From IMG/VR virus record IMGVR_UViG_3300044695_003767: 64,000 nucleotides of DNA. One strand, 5' to 3'. Position 1 is the stretch's first letter. Every line of letters begins with the position of its first letter. The DNA comes from a virus. Under the pieces are notes generated by a model that made no database searches, had not been told where the DNA came from, and saw nothing but the letters and a program-made list of their open reading frames with translations. This document shows positions 29,613-40,133 of this stretch, piece after piece. Made by a program: the position numbers and the translations under genes.

Positions 29613-32600
29613 ATGGCAAGAAAGGCAATACTGGAAACTGGATATACATTCACTCCTTCCACAAATACTATCGTCATTCCTCGTGTCATACCGAGAGAAC
29701 GATTAATTCTGATTACCAATGTAACGACGAACACAGTAATTTATAATTTCTCTGACTCAAATCTAAAAGCAACTTCTTATACTGTTTCAACTTCTGGTGG
29801 TACGAATACAACCACAGTCGTATTGAATTATAGTACTGCTTCGATGAGTAGTACTGATAAACTTCAAATCATTGTAGATGAATATGATGAGAAGTTTACA
29901 CCTTCAGAAGCATATGTAGACCCTGTAAATAAATTTAGAGTTTCAACTCCACAAGCACTGATTGATACTGACTTTGAATATGGTAGTCAGATTACAAAGT
30001 GGGAAAATCTTGCGATGATTAATAATCGTCCTTTTGCTTATCCTTCTTCAGTTGGCATAACTGGAATCGGCACAATTACATTACCTACTAACTCAAGAAC
30101 AGTCACAGTTGTAGTTTCTGGTGGAGCTCCACCTGGAATTGGAACAGCAATTACGGTTCAAGATACTTATCTGAATATTGCGAATGGAAACTTTATTGTA
30201 GAATCTGTTGGTGCTGGTAATACAAACTTTACTTATACTGCAAGAGCAACAAATACAACAACAGTTACAAATATTTTTGACTCCAATAAGACTGGTATAT
30301 TTTCTGGAACCACATATACAAATGCTCAGATTGGTGGAACACCAACATTCTCTTGGACTTCTGGAACTGCAATTCCTGTAACAACTACAGTTCCTCATGG
30401 TCTTGCCATTGGTAATGAGGTTTCGGTTGTCGGAACATCGCAGGTAAATGCAAATGGTTCTTTTGTGGTTGCTACAATTACCAGTTCAACTGCATTTACT
30501 TATTATTCAACTACTGCACCAGCAGCAAACCCAACTGGTGGAAGAATCTTCGTAAGACCTCAAGGACAATTTTTGCACAGACCATTCGATGGTGGAATTA
30601 TTTTCACATCAAACTCAAATGGAAACTTTGAGCAAGCAATTCGCCAAACCAGAAGATATTTTCGTTATCAATCTGGTAAAGGTATTCAAGTCAGTTCTGG
30701 TACTATTTTAAAACCAAGTTTGCAGATTGATAGTTTAACTTCAACTGGATTGAGTATTGGAAGTACAATTAGAGTACAAACAAAAGAACAGCATAATATT
30801 CAGGCAGCAACACCAGGAACTCAAATTACACTTTCTGGTGTAAATGAATCTGGATATAATGGAACTTATACTGTAACTTCCGTAACTGGATATAATAGTT
30901 TTAATGTTACATCAACTTCTGGAATTGGTTCAACGGTTGCGTCTGGAACTTATAACTGTTCTGTTTCAAGTTGGTATGGATGTTCCAATCGTCTTGGAAG
31001 TTTTGATGCTCAAAATGGAATATTCTTTGAGTTTGATGGGCAAACACTTTCTGCGGTTCGTAGAAGTTCTACCTATCAACTTGCAGGAAAAGTTACTGCA
31101 ACAAATGGTTCAAATACTATTACTCAAACAAATGCAACATTCCCAACAGTATTTGCAAAACAACTAAACATTGGAGATTTTATTGTTCTTCGTGGTCAGT
31201 CATATCGTGTTGTTGATATTGCAAGTGATACTTCTATGACGATTTCTCCTTCGTATAGAGGAGCAACTGCCGATTATGTAATCATCTCAAAAACACAAGA
31301 TACAAAATATCCACAATCATCTTGGAACATTGACAAGTGTGATGGTACGGGTCCTTCTGGATATAATATTGATCTTACCAAGATGCAGATGTTCTATATG
31401 GACTACTCTTGGTATGGTGCTGGATTCATTCGTTGGGGATTCAGAGGTCCAGATGGCAATGTAATTTACTGCCATAAAATACCAAATAATAATGTCAATA
31501 CAGAAGCATATATGCGTTCTGGAAACTTACCAGCACGATATGAATCTGAAAGTCTTCCACCAACAACCAAAATTACTAGAAGTGTGGGAGCATCCGATAC
31601 ATTTGTTGGTATTGCAAGCACTGCAGGATTCCCAACTGCTGGTACAATCGTTGTTCGTAATGCAAATACTTATGAGTATATGAATTATGCTGGTATTGGA
31701 ACAACTGCATTTACTGGGGTCACAAGAGCAAGGTCTGGCAGTACTTCTCTTGCACTTACGGTTGCCTCTGGATCTAATGTGGCAACTGCAACCACCACAA
31801 ACCTACAAGTAGGTCAGAGAGTGATTGGTGGATTCCCAGAAGGAACCTACGTCAGTGCAATTGGTGTTGGAAATATTACATTAAGTCAGGCAGCAACCAC
31901 AGCAAACCCAACAGTAATTATTCCCCCAATGGGAGCATCATCGGGTCAATCATTTACTTTCTCTGCTACGGACCCAGTTGCTGTTGAACTTGCATTCCCA
32001 ACTTATGGACCTTCTATTTCTCACTGGGGAACTAGTGTGATTATGGATGGTCGTTATGATGATGATAAATCTTTGGTCTTTACTTACGGTCAAAGAACTG
32101 CTACTACTATTTCTCCTGGTGCAACACGGGCACTACTTGCAATTCGTGTTGCACCATCAGTAGACAATGGAGTTGCCGCAGCATTTGGACAAAGAGAATT
32201 AATCAATAGAATGCAATTAGTTCTTCGAAATCTGGGAATCTCAATTCGTGGTAGTACAACATCAAACATTCTTGTACAAGCACTCTTAAATGCGACTCCA
32301 TCAACCACAAATACTTGGACGAATGCTATTGGTAATGCTACGGGACAACAAAATTCCAGTTTGGCACAAATTGTCGATTATGCTGGTGGTTCAACTACAG
32401 TAACAGGTGGTGAAGTTACTGCAGGTCTATTCTCTTCTGGTACTAGCACACTTGATTTAAGTTCTGTAAGAGACTTGGGTAATTGTATTCTTGGTGGAGG
32501 TGGTGCTACTTCAAATAGTGGAATATATCCAGACGGTCCAGATACATTAACAATTACTGTAACTAATATTGCTGCCACTGGTGATGTCAATGTAACTGCA

Positions 32601-32630
32601 AGAATTTCTTGGACGGAGGCACAAGCATAA
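29613..32630 (+). CDS. large virion structural protein (1005 aa)
   Basis: LLITNVT..IYNF, LIDTDFEYG, RQTRRYFRYQSGKG, DYSWYGAG, SHWGTSVIMDG, C-terminal WTEAQA. Confidence 0.8.
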   Translation: MARKAILETGYTFTPSTNTIVIPRVIPRERLILITNVTTNTVIYNFSDSNLKATSYTVSTSGGTNTTTVVLNYSTASMSSTDKLQIIVDEYDEKFTPSEAYVDPVNKFRVSTPQALIDTDFEYGSQITKWENLAMINNRPFAYPSSVGITGIGTITLPTNSRTVTVVVSGGAPPGIGTAITVQDTYLNIANGNFIVESVGAGNTNFTYTARATNTTTVTNIFDSNKTGIFSGTTYTNAQIGGTPTFSWTSGTAIPVTTTVPHGLAIGNEVSVVGTSQVNANGSFVVATITSSTAFTYYSTTAPAANPTGGRIFVRPQGQFLHRPFDGGIIFTSNSNGNFEQAIRQTRRYFRYQSGKGIQVSSGTILKPSLQIDSLTSTGLSIGSTIRVQTKEQHNIQAATPGTQITLSGVNESGYNGTYTVTSVTGYNSFNVTSTSGIGSTVASGTYNCSVSSWYGCSNRLGSFDAQNGIFFEFDGQTLSAVRRSSTYQLAGKVTATNGSNTITQTNATFPTVFAKQLNIGDFIVLRGQSYRVVDIASDTSMTISPSYRGATADYVIISKTQDTKYPQSSWNIDKCDGTGPSGYNIDLTKMQMFYMDYSWYGAGFIRWGFRGPDGNVIYCHKIPNNNVNTEAYMRSGNLPARYESESLPPTTKITRSVGASDTFVGIASTAGFPTAGTIVVRNANTYEYMNYAGIGTTAFTGVTRARSGSTSLALTVASGSNVATATTTNLQVGQRVIGGFPEGTYVSAIGVGNITLSQAATTANPTVIIPPMGASSGQSFTFSATDPVAVELAFPTYGPSISHWGTSVIMDGRYDDDKSLVFTYGQRTATTISPGATRALLAIRVAPSVDNGVAAAFGQRELINRMQLVLRNLGISIRGSTTSNILVQALLNATPSTTNTWTNAIGNATGQQNSSLAQIVDYAGGSTTVTGGEVTAGLFSSGTSTLDLSSVRDLGNCILGGGGATSNSGIYPDGPDTLTITVTNIAATGDVNVTARISWTEAQA

Positions 32631-32633
32631 GAA

Positions 32634-34250
32634 ATGGCTAAACTTAAATCTGGTACAAGGATTTACGGAACAGCGACAATTGATACTAGTGTTGTAGTAG
32701 GTTCTGCCGTAACATTAAGTTCTTCCGGAATTTTGATTGGTTCTGCAACATCAACGGGAACCGCATCACAACCATTACAAGTTACTGGTGGTGCTTATGT
32801 TTCTGGTAATCTTGGTATAGGAATCACAAATCCATCACAATCTTTACACGTTCAAGGTAATGCTAGAGTTACTGGTGCTGTTTATGATTCAACAAACTCA
32901 CCAGGAACATCAGGTCAGGTCCTCCAATCAACAGTAACGGGAACCCAATGGACTACTGCAGCAGCAGGTGGTGGTGGATCTGGTAAGTTTGATACATCAA
33001 TTGATAATGTTGTTTACGTTCAACCAACAGGAACATTGGATATTGTTGGAGTTGGTACAACAACCACACAAATCACAACACTTCCTGCTGGTTCGAATAA
33101 GTATTTGGTCCATTCAATTCACGTTACTAATATATCCAACGGTGATGCTGAAATTACTTCTGGGTTTGTAATGAATGCAAGAAAAGTTCCCGCAACAATT
33201 GTTTCTGGTGGTGGAATTGGAGTTGCAGCTGCTGGTATTCATACCATTAGAGTTAGTGTGGCAAGCAGTATTAGAATTGGTATGGCTGTAACTGGACAAG
33301 GAAATATTGGAGAGACAATAGGTATTGGTTCAACTGCAGGATTCCAGTATAACACATATGTAACAAGTGTAGATGGAAACCTAATTACATTAAGTAAACC
33401 AATTGCAGGTGCTGCTGTATCTGGTACTGCTTGGTTTTCACCAGTTTCTAAAGTTTCATCTCGTCTTCCAGTTCCTGTTGGTTCTGCAGTTGAACTTTTA
33501 AAACAACCGATGGTTTTGGATGCATTGGATAGTATTGTGCTACAATCTACTGGTGCTGGCACTGGTGTCGGTACAACTTCAACTGCTGTATTCACACAAA
33601 CAGCAAACTCAAATATTGTATCTTGCACTGTTGGTTCTGCGATTACAAACTTCATTTATGCAGGTCAATTAGTTCAAGGTATAGGAACCAATACTGGCAT
33701 TCAAACAAATACATTTATTGGTGTTGGTTATACTCCAGGATCAAACTTAGTTCCACTTACAAGACCAGCAACATCTACATTAGCATCACAAACACTTTCA
33801 TTCACTGATGTTATAACACCACAAGATGGTGCATTACAAGCAACAATTGTCTATCAATCTTCTACAGACACTTCATATTTAAATGGAACTGGTACTGTTG
33901 TTGGTATTGTAACATTAGCATCACAGGCAGTTTCAGGAGTTACTTCAACAACTCCATTCCCTTATTATGGAACTGGAAACCTTTATCCTTCTACTGTTCA
34001 GTCTATTCGAGTTTCAAATATATCTGATGGTTCTATCTATCCTGGTGGAGATTATCCTGTCTCTGTAGGTATTGGTAATAGTGATACAGTATTCTCCTGG
34101 TTGGCATATAATATGGTGATTCCAAGAAACTCTTCAATTGAACTTTGTGAGGCACCAAAGAGATTGGGGATTGGACAGTCAATCTTTGCATTATCAAACA
34201 CAGTTGGAGTTATCGAAATACAGGTCGCAGGAAAACAAAAAACAACATAA
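32634..34250 (+). CDS. short fibre / adaptor protein
   Basis: MAKLKSGTRIYG, shared fibre modules, two HSIHVTN/QSIRVSN...VELLKQP/IELCEAPK domains. Confidence 0.7.
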   Translation: MAKLKSGTRIYGTATIDTSVVVGSAVTLSSSGILIGSATSTGTASQPLQVTGGAYVSGNLGIGITNPSQSLHVQGNARVTGAVYDSTNSPGTSGQVLQSTVTGTQWTTAAAGGGGSGKFDTSIDNVVYVQPTGTLDIVGVGTTTTQITTLPAGSNKYLVHSIHVTNISNGDAEITSGFVMNARKVPATIVSGGGIGVAAAGIHTIRVSVASSIRIGMAVTGQGNIGETIGIGSTAGFQYNTYVTSVDGNLITLSKPIAGAAVSGTAWFSPVSKVSSRLPVPVGSAVELLKQPMVLDALDSIVLQSTGAGTGVGTTSTAVFTQTANSNIVSCTVGSAITNFIYAGQLVQGIGTNTGIQTNTFIGVGYTPGSNLVPLTRPATSTLASQTLSFTDVITPQDGALQATIVYQSSTDTSYLNGTGTVVGIVTLASQAVSGVTSTTPFPYYGTGNLYPSTVQSIRVSNISDGSIYPGGDYPVSVGIGNSDTVFSWLAYNMVIPRNSSIELCEAPKRLGIGQSIFALSNTVGVIEIQVAGKQKTT

Positions 34251-34253
34251 TTT

Positions 34254-34907
34254 ATGAGTATTCTTATATCATTACCTTGTTATGGTGGATTAGTGAATGA
34301 AAAAACCACAACATCACTGTTTAATCTTGGTAAACTTTTAGTTCGCAATAATATAGATCACGGCATAATGACTGTCGCAAATGAGTCTTTGATTACTCAC
34401 GGACGGTCAAGAATTGCTAATTTCTTTATGAATAATACTGAGTTTGAGTATCTGTTCTGTCTGGATGCTGATGTTGCCTTTTCGCCAGAAGATATGTTGA
34501 AGTTATATTCGTATCAAAAACCAATCGTGTCTGCATCATATCCTATGAAGACACTACCAATACGACACTGTTATGAACTTTATAATCCTGTAAAGTTATG
34601 TGGAAATCTTGTGAAGATTGGTGGAATTGGTATGGGATTTGTATTAATTCATAGAAGTGTCTTTGAGAAACTAAATAATCATTATAGTGAATTAAAGTAT
34701 TTTCCGGGATTGAATAATTCAAACTATCCAATTACTGAAAAAGAATATCATAATTCATATCACTACTTTGCAGAAATGAATAAGGAAGGAAAATACTTGG
34801 GAGAAGATATGAGTTTCTTTCATCGTGTCAGTGATATTGGTTATGATGTTTGGTTGGATACAAGTATAGAATTACAGCACATCGGTTCTCACGTATTCGG
34901 TAAGTAA
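34254..34907 (+). CDS. GT-A fold glycosyltransferase
   Basis: ESLITHGRS, LFCLDADV (DxD), GMGFVLIHRSVF, GEDMSFF, HIG. Confidence 0.75.
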   Translation: MSILISLPCYGGLVNEKTTTSLFNLGKLLVRNNIDHGIMTVANESLITHGRSRIANFFMNNTEFEYLFCLDADVAFSPEDMLKLYSYQKPIVSASYPMKTLPIRHCYELYNPVKLCGNLVKIGGIGMGFVLIHRSVFEKLNNHYSELKYFPGLNNSNYPITEKEYHNSYHYFAEMNKEGKYLGEDMSFFHRVSDIGYDVWLDTSIELQHIGSHVFGK

Positions 34908-34908
34908 A

Positions 34909-36783
34909 ATGGCAATTGGAGTATTTGGTCTACAAGTTGCTTACAGATTAAAGAGACTTGAGGTGATGAGTGTTGATGATACTCACGGATGGTTTGGTGG
35001 TGGTTTTCCAGCACTATTAACAGTAGACCGTATAGATTTTTCTAATGATACTGGAACTACAAACATTAGAGGTTCATTAAGTGTAGGAAGAAGTGCTGCG
35101 GGAGCAACAGGAAACTCTAACTATGGTTGGTTTGGTGGTGGTAATTCTCCAGGAGTATTATCATCAGTAGATAGAGTAGATTTTTCCAATGATTCTCCAG
35201 CAGTATCAGTAAGAGGTCCATTAAGTTTAGCAAGAGATGGAGTATCAGCAACAGGAAACTCTAACTATGGTTGGTTTGGTGGTGGATTTGGTGTAAGTAG
35301 TAGATCAATTGTAGACCGTATAGATTTCTCTAATGATTCTTCCACGGCATCACCAAGAGGTCCATTAAGTTCATCAAGATATAGTGGAGCGTCAACAGGA
35401 AACTCTAACTATGGTTGGATTTCTGGTGGGCAAAATCCAACACTATTTTCAACAGTAGACCGTATAGATTTTGCAAATGATTCTTCAACGGCATCACCAA
35501 GAAGTCCATTGAGTTCAGCAAGAAGTTCTTTATCAGCAACAGGAAACTCTAATTATGGTTGGTTTGGCGGTGGTACTACTCCAGGACCAGTAGTAGCAAC
35601 AGTAGACCGTATAGATTTCTCAAATGATTCTGTATCAGTATCAGTAAGGGGTTCATTATTTACGGCAAGATATGGTTTAGCAGCAACAGGAAACTCTAAC
35701 TATGGTTGGTTCGGTGGTGGTTCTATTAGTGGACCAGGAGTATCAACAGTAGACCGTATAGATTTCTCTAATGATTCAGTATCAGCATCACCAAGAGGAC
35801 CATTAAGTTTAGCAAGACAAGGTTTAGCATCAACATCGGGACAAGCAAAAGGACCAGCAATCAAACTGCAAAAAGCAGGGAATTATGGTTGGTTTGGTGG
35901 TGGTGGACCATCACTTGCGGGGGGTGCAACTGCAACAGTAGATCGTATAGATTTTTCTAATGATTTGGCAACAGCATCACCAAGAGGTTCATTAAGTAAA
36001 ACAAAATCTCAAATATCAGCAACAGGAAATTCTAACTATGGTTGGTTTGGTAGTGGTATTACTACACCACCAACACCAGCAACAGTATCAACAGTAGACC
36101 GTATAGATTTTTCTAATGATTTGGCAACAGCATCAGTTAGAGGTATATTAAGTTCAACAAGATATGCTTTAGCAGCAACAGGAAACTCTAACTATGGTTG
36201 GTTTGGTGGTGGTGGTCTTAATCCGCCAATAACATCAATAGTGGACCGTATCAATTTTTCAAATGATTTAGAAACAGCATCACCTAGAGGTTCATTAACT
36301 CAAACAAGATTTAGATTAGCAGCAACAGGAAATTCTAACTATGGTTGGTTTGGTGGTGGTAGAGGTGGTTCTCCAATATCAACAGTAGCAACAGTAGACC
36401 GTATAGATTTTTCCAATGATTCTGCAACAGCATCACCAAGAGGTCCATTAAGTGCTGCAAGATATTCTTTAGCAGCAACAGGAAACTCTAACTATGGTTG
36501 GTTTGGTGGTGGTGCTTTTCCAGCAAAAGCAACAGTGGACCGTATAGATTTCTCTAATGATTCCACAACGACATCAGTTAGAGGTCCATTAAGTTCGGCA
36601 AGATATCATTTATCGGCAACAGGAAACTCTAATTATGGTTGGTTTGGTGCAGGTCTTTCACCAGCACAAGTATCAACAGCAGATCGTATAAACTTTTCAA
36701 ATGATTCTGTGTCAGCATCAATTAGAGGATTACTTGGGACAAAAACCTTCTTCTATGGAGCAACCTCCAACAGCACCAAATAA
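34909..36783 (+). CDS. kelch-like double beta-propeller protein A (12 repeats)
   Basis: 12 x R..LAATGNSNYGWFGGG-[variable]-TVDRIDFSND; linker after repeat 6. Confidence 0.8.
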   Translation: MAIGVFGLQVAYRLKRLEVMSVDDTHGWFGGGFPALLTVDRIDFSNDTGTTNIRGSLSVGRSAAGATGNSNYGWFGGGNSPGVLSSVDRVDFSNDSPAVSVRGPLSLARDGVSATGNSNYGWFGGGFGVSSRSIVDRIDFSNDSSTASPRGPLSSSRYSGASTGNSNYGWISGGQNPTLFSTVDRIDFANDSSTASPRSPLSSARSSLSATGNSNYGWFGGGTTPGPVVATVDRIDFSNDSVSVSVRGSLFTARYGLAATGNSNYGWFGGGSISGPGVSTVDRIDFSNDSVSASPRGPLSLARQGLASTSGQAKGPAIKLQKAGNYGWFGGGGPSLAGGATATVDRIDFSNDLATASPRGSLSKTKSQISATGNSNYGWFGSGITTPPTPATVSTVDRIDFSNDLATASVRGILSSTRYALAATGNSNYGWFGGGGLNPPITSIVDRINFSNDLETASPRGSLTQTRFRLAATGNSNYGWFGGGRGGSPISTVATVDRIDFSNDSATASPRGPLSAARYSLAATGNSNYGWFGGGAFPAKATVDRIDFSNDSTTTSVRGPLSSARYHLSATGNSNYGWFGAGLSPAQVSTADRINFSNDSVSASIRGLLGTKTFFYGATSNSTK

Positions 36784-36807
36784 ATAACTCAAACTACATC
36801 ATTTCTT

Positions 36808-37419
36808 ATGAAGCAGAATATTATTATTGTTGATAATTTCTATGAGAATCCATATGAAGTTCGTCAATACGCATTAAATCTGGAGTATCCACAACCACAA
36901 GACGGATATACCTATCCAGGTAGAAACTCAAAAGGAACTTTTTATAATCAAGAGATTCACGATAAGTTTGAGAATTTAATTGGAAGACATTTAGTTCCTG
37001 CTGATTGTGGTAATCATGGAGATTTTAGATTATCATTAGAAGCAGATACATTCCAACAAGACATTCATATTGACCCAATCTGGGAATGGGGTTGTGTTCT
37101 TTACATGAATCTACCGCATCAGTGTATTGATGAGGCAGGAACATCATTCTGGAAACATAAGAAACTGGGGTGGGAAAGAGTTCCAGAACAACAAGAAGCA
37201 GGTTGGTTTGGTTATACTTCTTATGATGAAATCCGTGATGGTATTGTGTATGGTGATGGACTTGACCGTTCTAAGTGGGAGAGATACTGTTTGGCAAATA
37301 TGAAGTATAATAGAGCAGTCATCTTTGACCCAAAACTCTGGCACTCACACGGAGCAAACTTTGGAGATAGTTTAGAAAATGGTAGATTAGTTCAATTGTT
37401 CTTCTTTAATAATGCATAA
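36808..37419 (+). CDS. 2OG-Fe(II) oxygenase-like protein (DUF6445-like)
   Basis: IIVDNFYENP, YPGR, HID...GTSFW...YNRAVIF...WHS...RLVQLFF. Confidence 0.75.
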   Translation: MKQNIIIVDNFYENPYEVRQYALNLEYPQPQDGYTYPGRNSKGTFYNQEIHDKFENLIGRHLVPADCGNHGDFRLSLEADTFQQDIHIDPIWEWGCVLYMNLPHQCIDEAGTSFWKHKKLGWERVPEQQEAGWFGYTSYDEIRDGIVYGDGLDRSKWERYCLANMKYNRAVIFDPKLWHSHGANFGDSLENGRLVQLFFFNNA

Positions 37420-38242
37420 GACTTATTTTTTTGAGAGTGGATTGCCACGTTCTGGTTCTACATTACTTTCTGCAATTCTAAATCAAAATCCAGATATTCA
37501 CTGCGGTGCAATTTCTCCTGTGCTGGAGATTATGTATTATACAGAGCAATACTTTGAAGGGTCGGAGCAGGCACTTGCATATCCAAAACCAGAGCAACAT
37601 CATAAGATTATTTCAAGTGTGATTGATAATTATTATGATGATATTGATAAACCAATCGTAGTGGATAAATGCCGTGCCTGGACTAATAACACCGATAGAA
37701 TACAAGAATACATTACAAAGACTCCAAAGATTCTGTGCCCTGTGAGAGATGTTGTAGAGATTCTTGCATCGTTTATTCAAATGATTCATCGCAATTCCAA
37801 TCAAGTATCTTTTGTAGATAAGGCACTCACAGAACAAGGATATGAACTGACTGATGATAATCGGTGCGACCATCTAATGTCTCCCGTAGGTATTGTAGAC
37901 CAGTCCTTATATGCCTTTGGAGAGGGGTTCAGAAAGGGTTGTGAGAGGTATATGCATATGATTGAGTATAATGACTTGGTAAATTGTCCAGAAGAAACGA
38001 TGCACAAGGTTTATAAGTTCTTAGAGATTCCCGAATACAAACACGACTTTGGTAATGTCAGTCATAAATACCGTGAGAGAGATAATGATATTTACGGACT
38101 AAGTGATATGCACGAAGTTCGTAAGCAAGTAAAAAGAACTTCTAAAAGACCTGAAGAAGTTTTAAGTGATTATGTATTGAATAAGTATTCTGGTATGGAA
38201 TTTTGGAGAAAGGCAAAACCACCAATTAGTTTGTTCATATAA
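37412..38242 (+). CDS. PAPS-dependent sulfotransferase
   Basis: SGLPRSGSTLL 5'-PSB loop; PVRD...S 3'-PB motif; YNDLV..P. Confidence 0.88.
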   Translation: MHKTYFFESGLPRSGSTLLSAILNQNPDIHCGAISPVLEIMYYTEQYFEGSEQALAYPKPEQHHKIISSVIDNYYDDIDKPIVVDKCRAWTNNTDRIQEYITKTPKILCPVRDVVEILASFIQMIHRNSNQVSFVDKALTEQGYELTDDNRCDHLMSPVGIVDQSLYAFGEGFRKGCERYMHMIEYNDLVNCPEETMHKVYKFLEIPEYKHDFGNVSHKYRERDNDIYGLSDMHEVRKQVKRTSKRPEEVLSDYVLNKYSGMEFWRKAKPPISLFI

Positions 38243-38246
38243 GTAA

Positions 38247-40130
38247 ATGACAATCAATAATAACAATATATTTGGAGCATTTACACTTGGAGAAGTTCGT
38301 AGTGGACGACTGACTGGTGAATGGTTAAATAAAGAATCCGTTGCGAATTATGGTTGGTTTGGTGGTGGTTATAATAGTATTGCAACAGTAGATCGTATAG
38401 ATTTCTCCAATGATTCTTCCACGGCATCACCAAGAGGTTCATTAAGTTCGGGAAGACATGGTTTAGCAGCAACAGGAAACTCTAACTACGGTTGGTTTGG
38501 TGGTGGTGTTATTCCTGCAAGATCACTTTCTACAGTAGATCGTATAGACTTTTCTAATGATTCTCCAACTGCATCAATTAGAGGTTCATTAAGTTCAGCA
38601 AGATATTACTTAGCAGCAACAGGAAACTCTAACTATGGTTGGTTTGGTGGTGGTTTCCCTGGTCCAAGATCAATAGTAGACCGTATAGATTTCTCTAATG
38701 ATGCAGCAACAGCATCACCTAGAGGATCATTAAGTTTAGCAAGATATAATTTAGCAGCAACAGGAAACTCCAATTATGGTTGGTTTGGTGGTGGAAATCC
38801 AGGGTTTACATCAACAGTAGACCGTATAGATCTTTCTAATGATTCTGGAACAGCATCACCAAGAGGTCCATTAAGTTCGGCAAGATATAGTTTAGCAGCA
38901 ACAGGAAACTCTAACTATGGTTGGTTCGGTGGTGGTGGACCTAGTTCTACACCAGGACCATTATCAAGAGTAGATCGTATTGATTTCTCTAATGATTCTT
39001 CAACAGCATCAGTAAGAGGTCCATTAACTTTAGAAAGAACTCGATTGGCGGCAACAGGAAACTCTAATTATGGTTGGTTTGGTGGTGGTTATAATACAGT
39101 TACTAGGAGTACAGTAGACCGTATAGATTTTTCTAATGATTCTGTATCAGCATCATTAAGGGGTTCATTAAATCCTGCAGGAAAAACAACACACACAGCA
39201 ACCTCAGGAGTTCTCAATATTCGCAGACAAAAAGCAGGGAATTATGGTTGGTTTGGTGGTGGTTTTCCATCAGCAGACAGAGTAGACCGTATAGATTTTT
39301 CTAATGATTCCGCAACAGCATCAGTTAGAGGTCCATTAAGTTCAGCAAGATATAGATTAGCAGCAACAGGAAACTCTAACTACGGTTGGTTTGGTGGTGG
39401 TAGAGCAGGATCTCCAATAGCAAATACATCAAGAGTAGACCGTATTAATTTCGCAAATGATTCTCCATCAGCATCAGTAAGAGGACCATTAAGTTTAGCA
39501 AGATCTAGTATGGGTGCAACAGGAAATTCTAACTATGGTTGGTTCGGTGGTGGTGGTACTCCATCAGTAGTAGCAACGGTACATCGCATAGATTTCTCAA
39601 ATGATTCTTCAACCGCATCAACAAAAGGTCCATTAAGTTCCGGAAGATATACTCCAGGAGCAACAGGAAACTCTAACTACGGTTGGTTTGGTGGTGGATT
39701 TGTTTCATCTCCGACACCATCTTATGTAACAACAGTAGACCGTATAGATTTCTCTAATGATTCTTCAACCGCATCACCAAGAGGTCCATTAAGTTCAGCA
39801 AGATATGGTTTAGCAGCAACAGGAAACTCTAACTATGGTTGGTTTGGTGGTGGTTATGCTCCTACAACAGTTAGATCAACAGTAGACCGTATAGATTTCT
39901 CCAATGATTCCTCAACAACATCAGTAAGAGGTCCATTAAGTTCAGCAAGATATAGATTAGCAGCAACAGGAAACTCTAACTACGGTTGGTTTGGTGGTGG
40001 TGATCCTGGACCATTATCAACAGTAGACCGTATCAATTTTGCAAATGATTCTGCAACAGCATCACCAAGAGGTTCATTATTTACAACAAAATATTCTTCA
40101 GCAGCAACCTCCAACACCCCAATAGGATAA
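38247..40130 (+). CDS. kelch-like double beta-propeller protein B (12 repeats)
   Basis: Same repeat as protein A, arranged 2x6 with an IRRQKAGN linker. Confidence 0.8.
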   Translation: MTINNNNIFGAFTLGEVRSGRLTGEWLNKESVANYGWFGGGYNSIATVDRIDFSNDSSTASPRGSLSSGRHGLAATGNSNYGWFGGGVIPARSLSTVDRIDFSNDSPTASIRGSLSSARYYLAATGNSNYGWFGGGFPGPRSIVDRIDFSNDAATASPRGSLSLARYNLAATGNSNYGWFGGGNPGFTSTVDRIDLSNDSGTASPRGPLSSARYSLAATGNSNYGWFGGGGPSSTPGPLSRVDRIDFSNDSSTASVRGPLTLERTRLAATGNSNYGWFGGGYNTVTRSTVDRIDFSNDSVSASLRGSLNPAGKTTHTATSGVLNIRRQKAGNYGWFGGGFPSADRVDRIDFSNDSATASVRGPLSSARYRLAATGNSNYGWFGGGRAGSPIANTSRVDRINFANDSPSASVRGPLSLARSSMGATGNSNYGWFGGGGTPSVVATVHRIDFSNDSSTASTKGPLSSGRYTPGATGNSNYGWFGGGFVSSPTPSYVTTVDRIDFSNDSSTASPRGPLSSARYGLAATGNSNYGWFGGGYAPTTVRSTVDRIDFSNDSSTTSVRGPLSSARYRLAATGNSNYGWFGGGDPGPLSTVDRINFANDSATASPRGSLFTTKYSSAATSNTPIG

Positions 40131-40133
40131 AAT

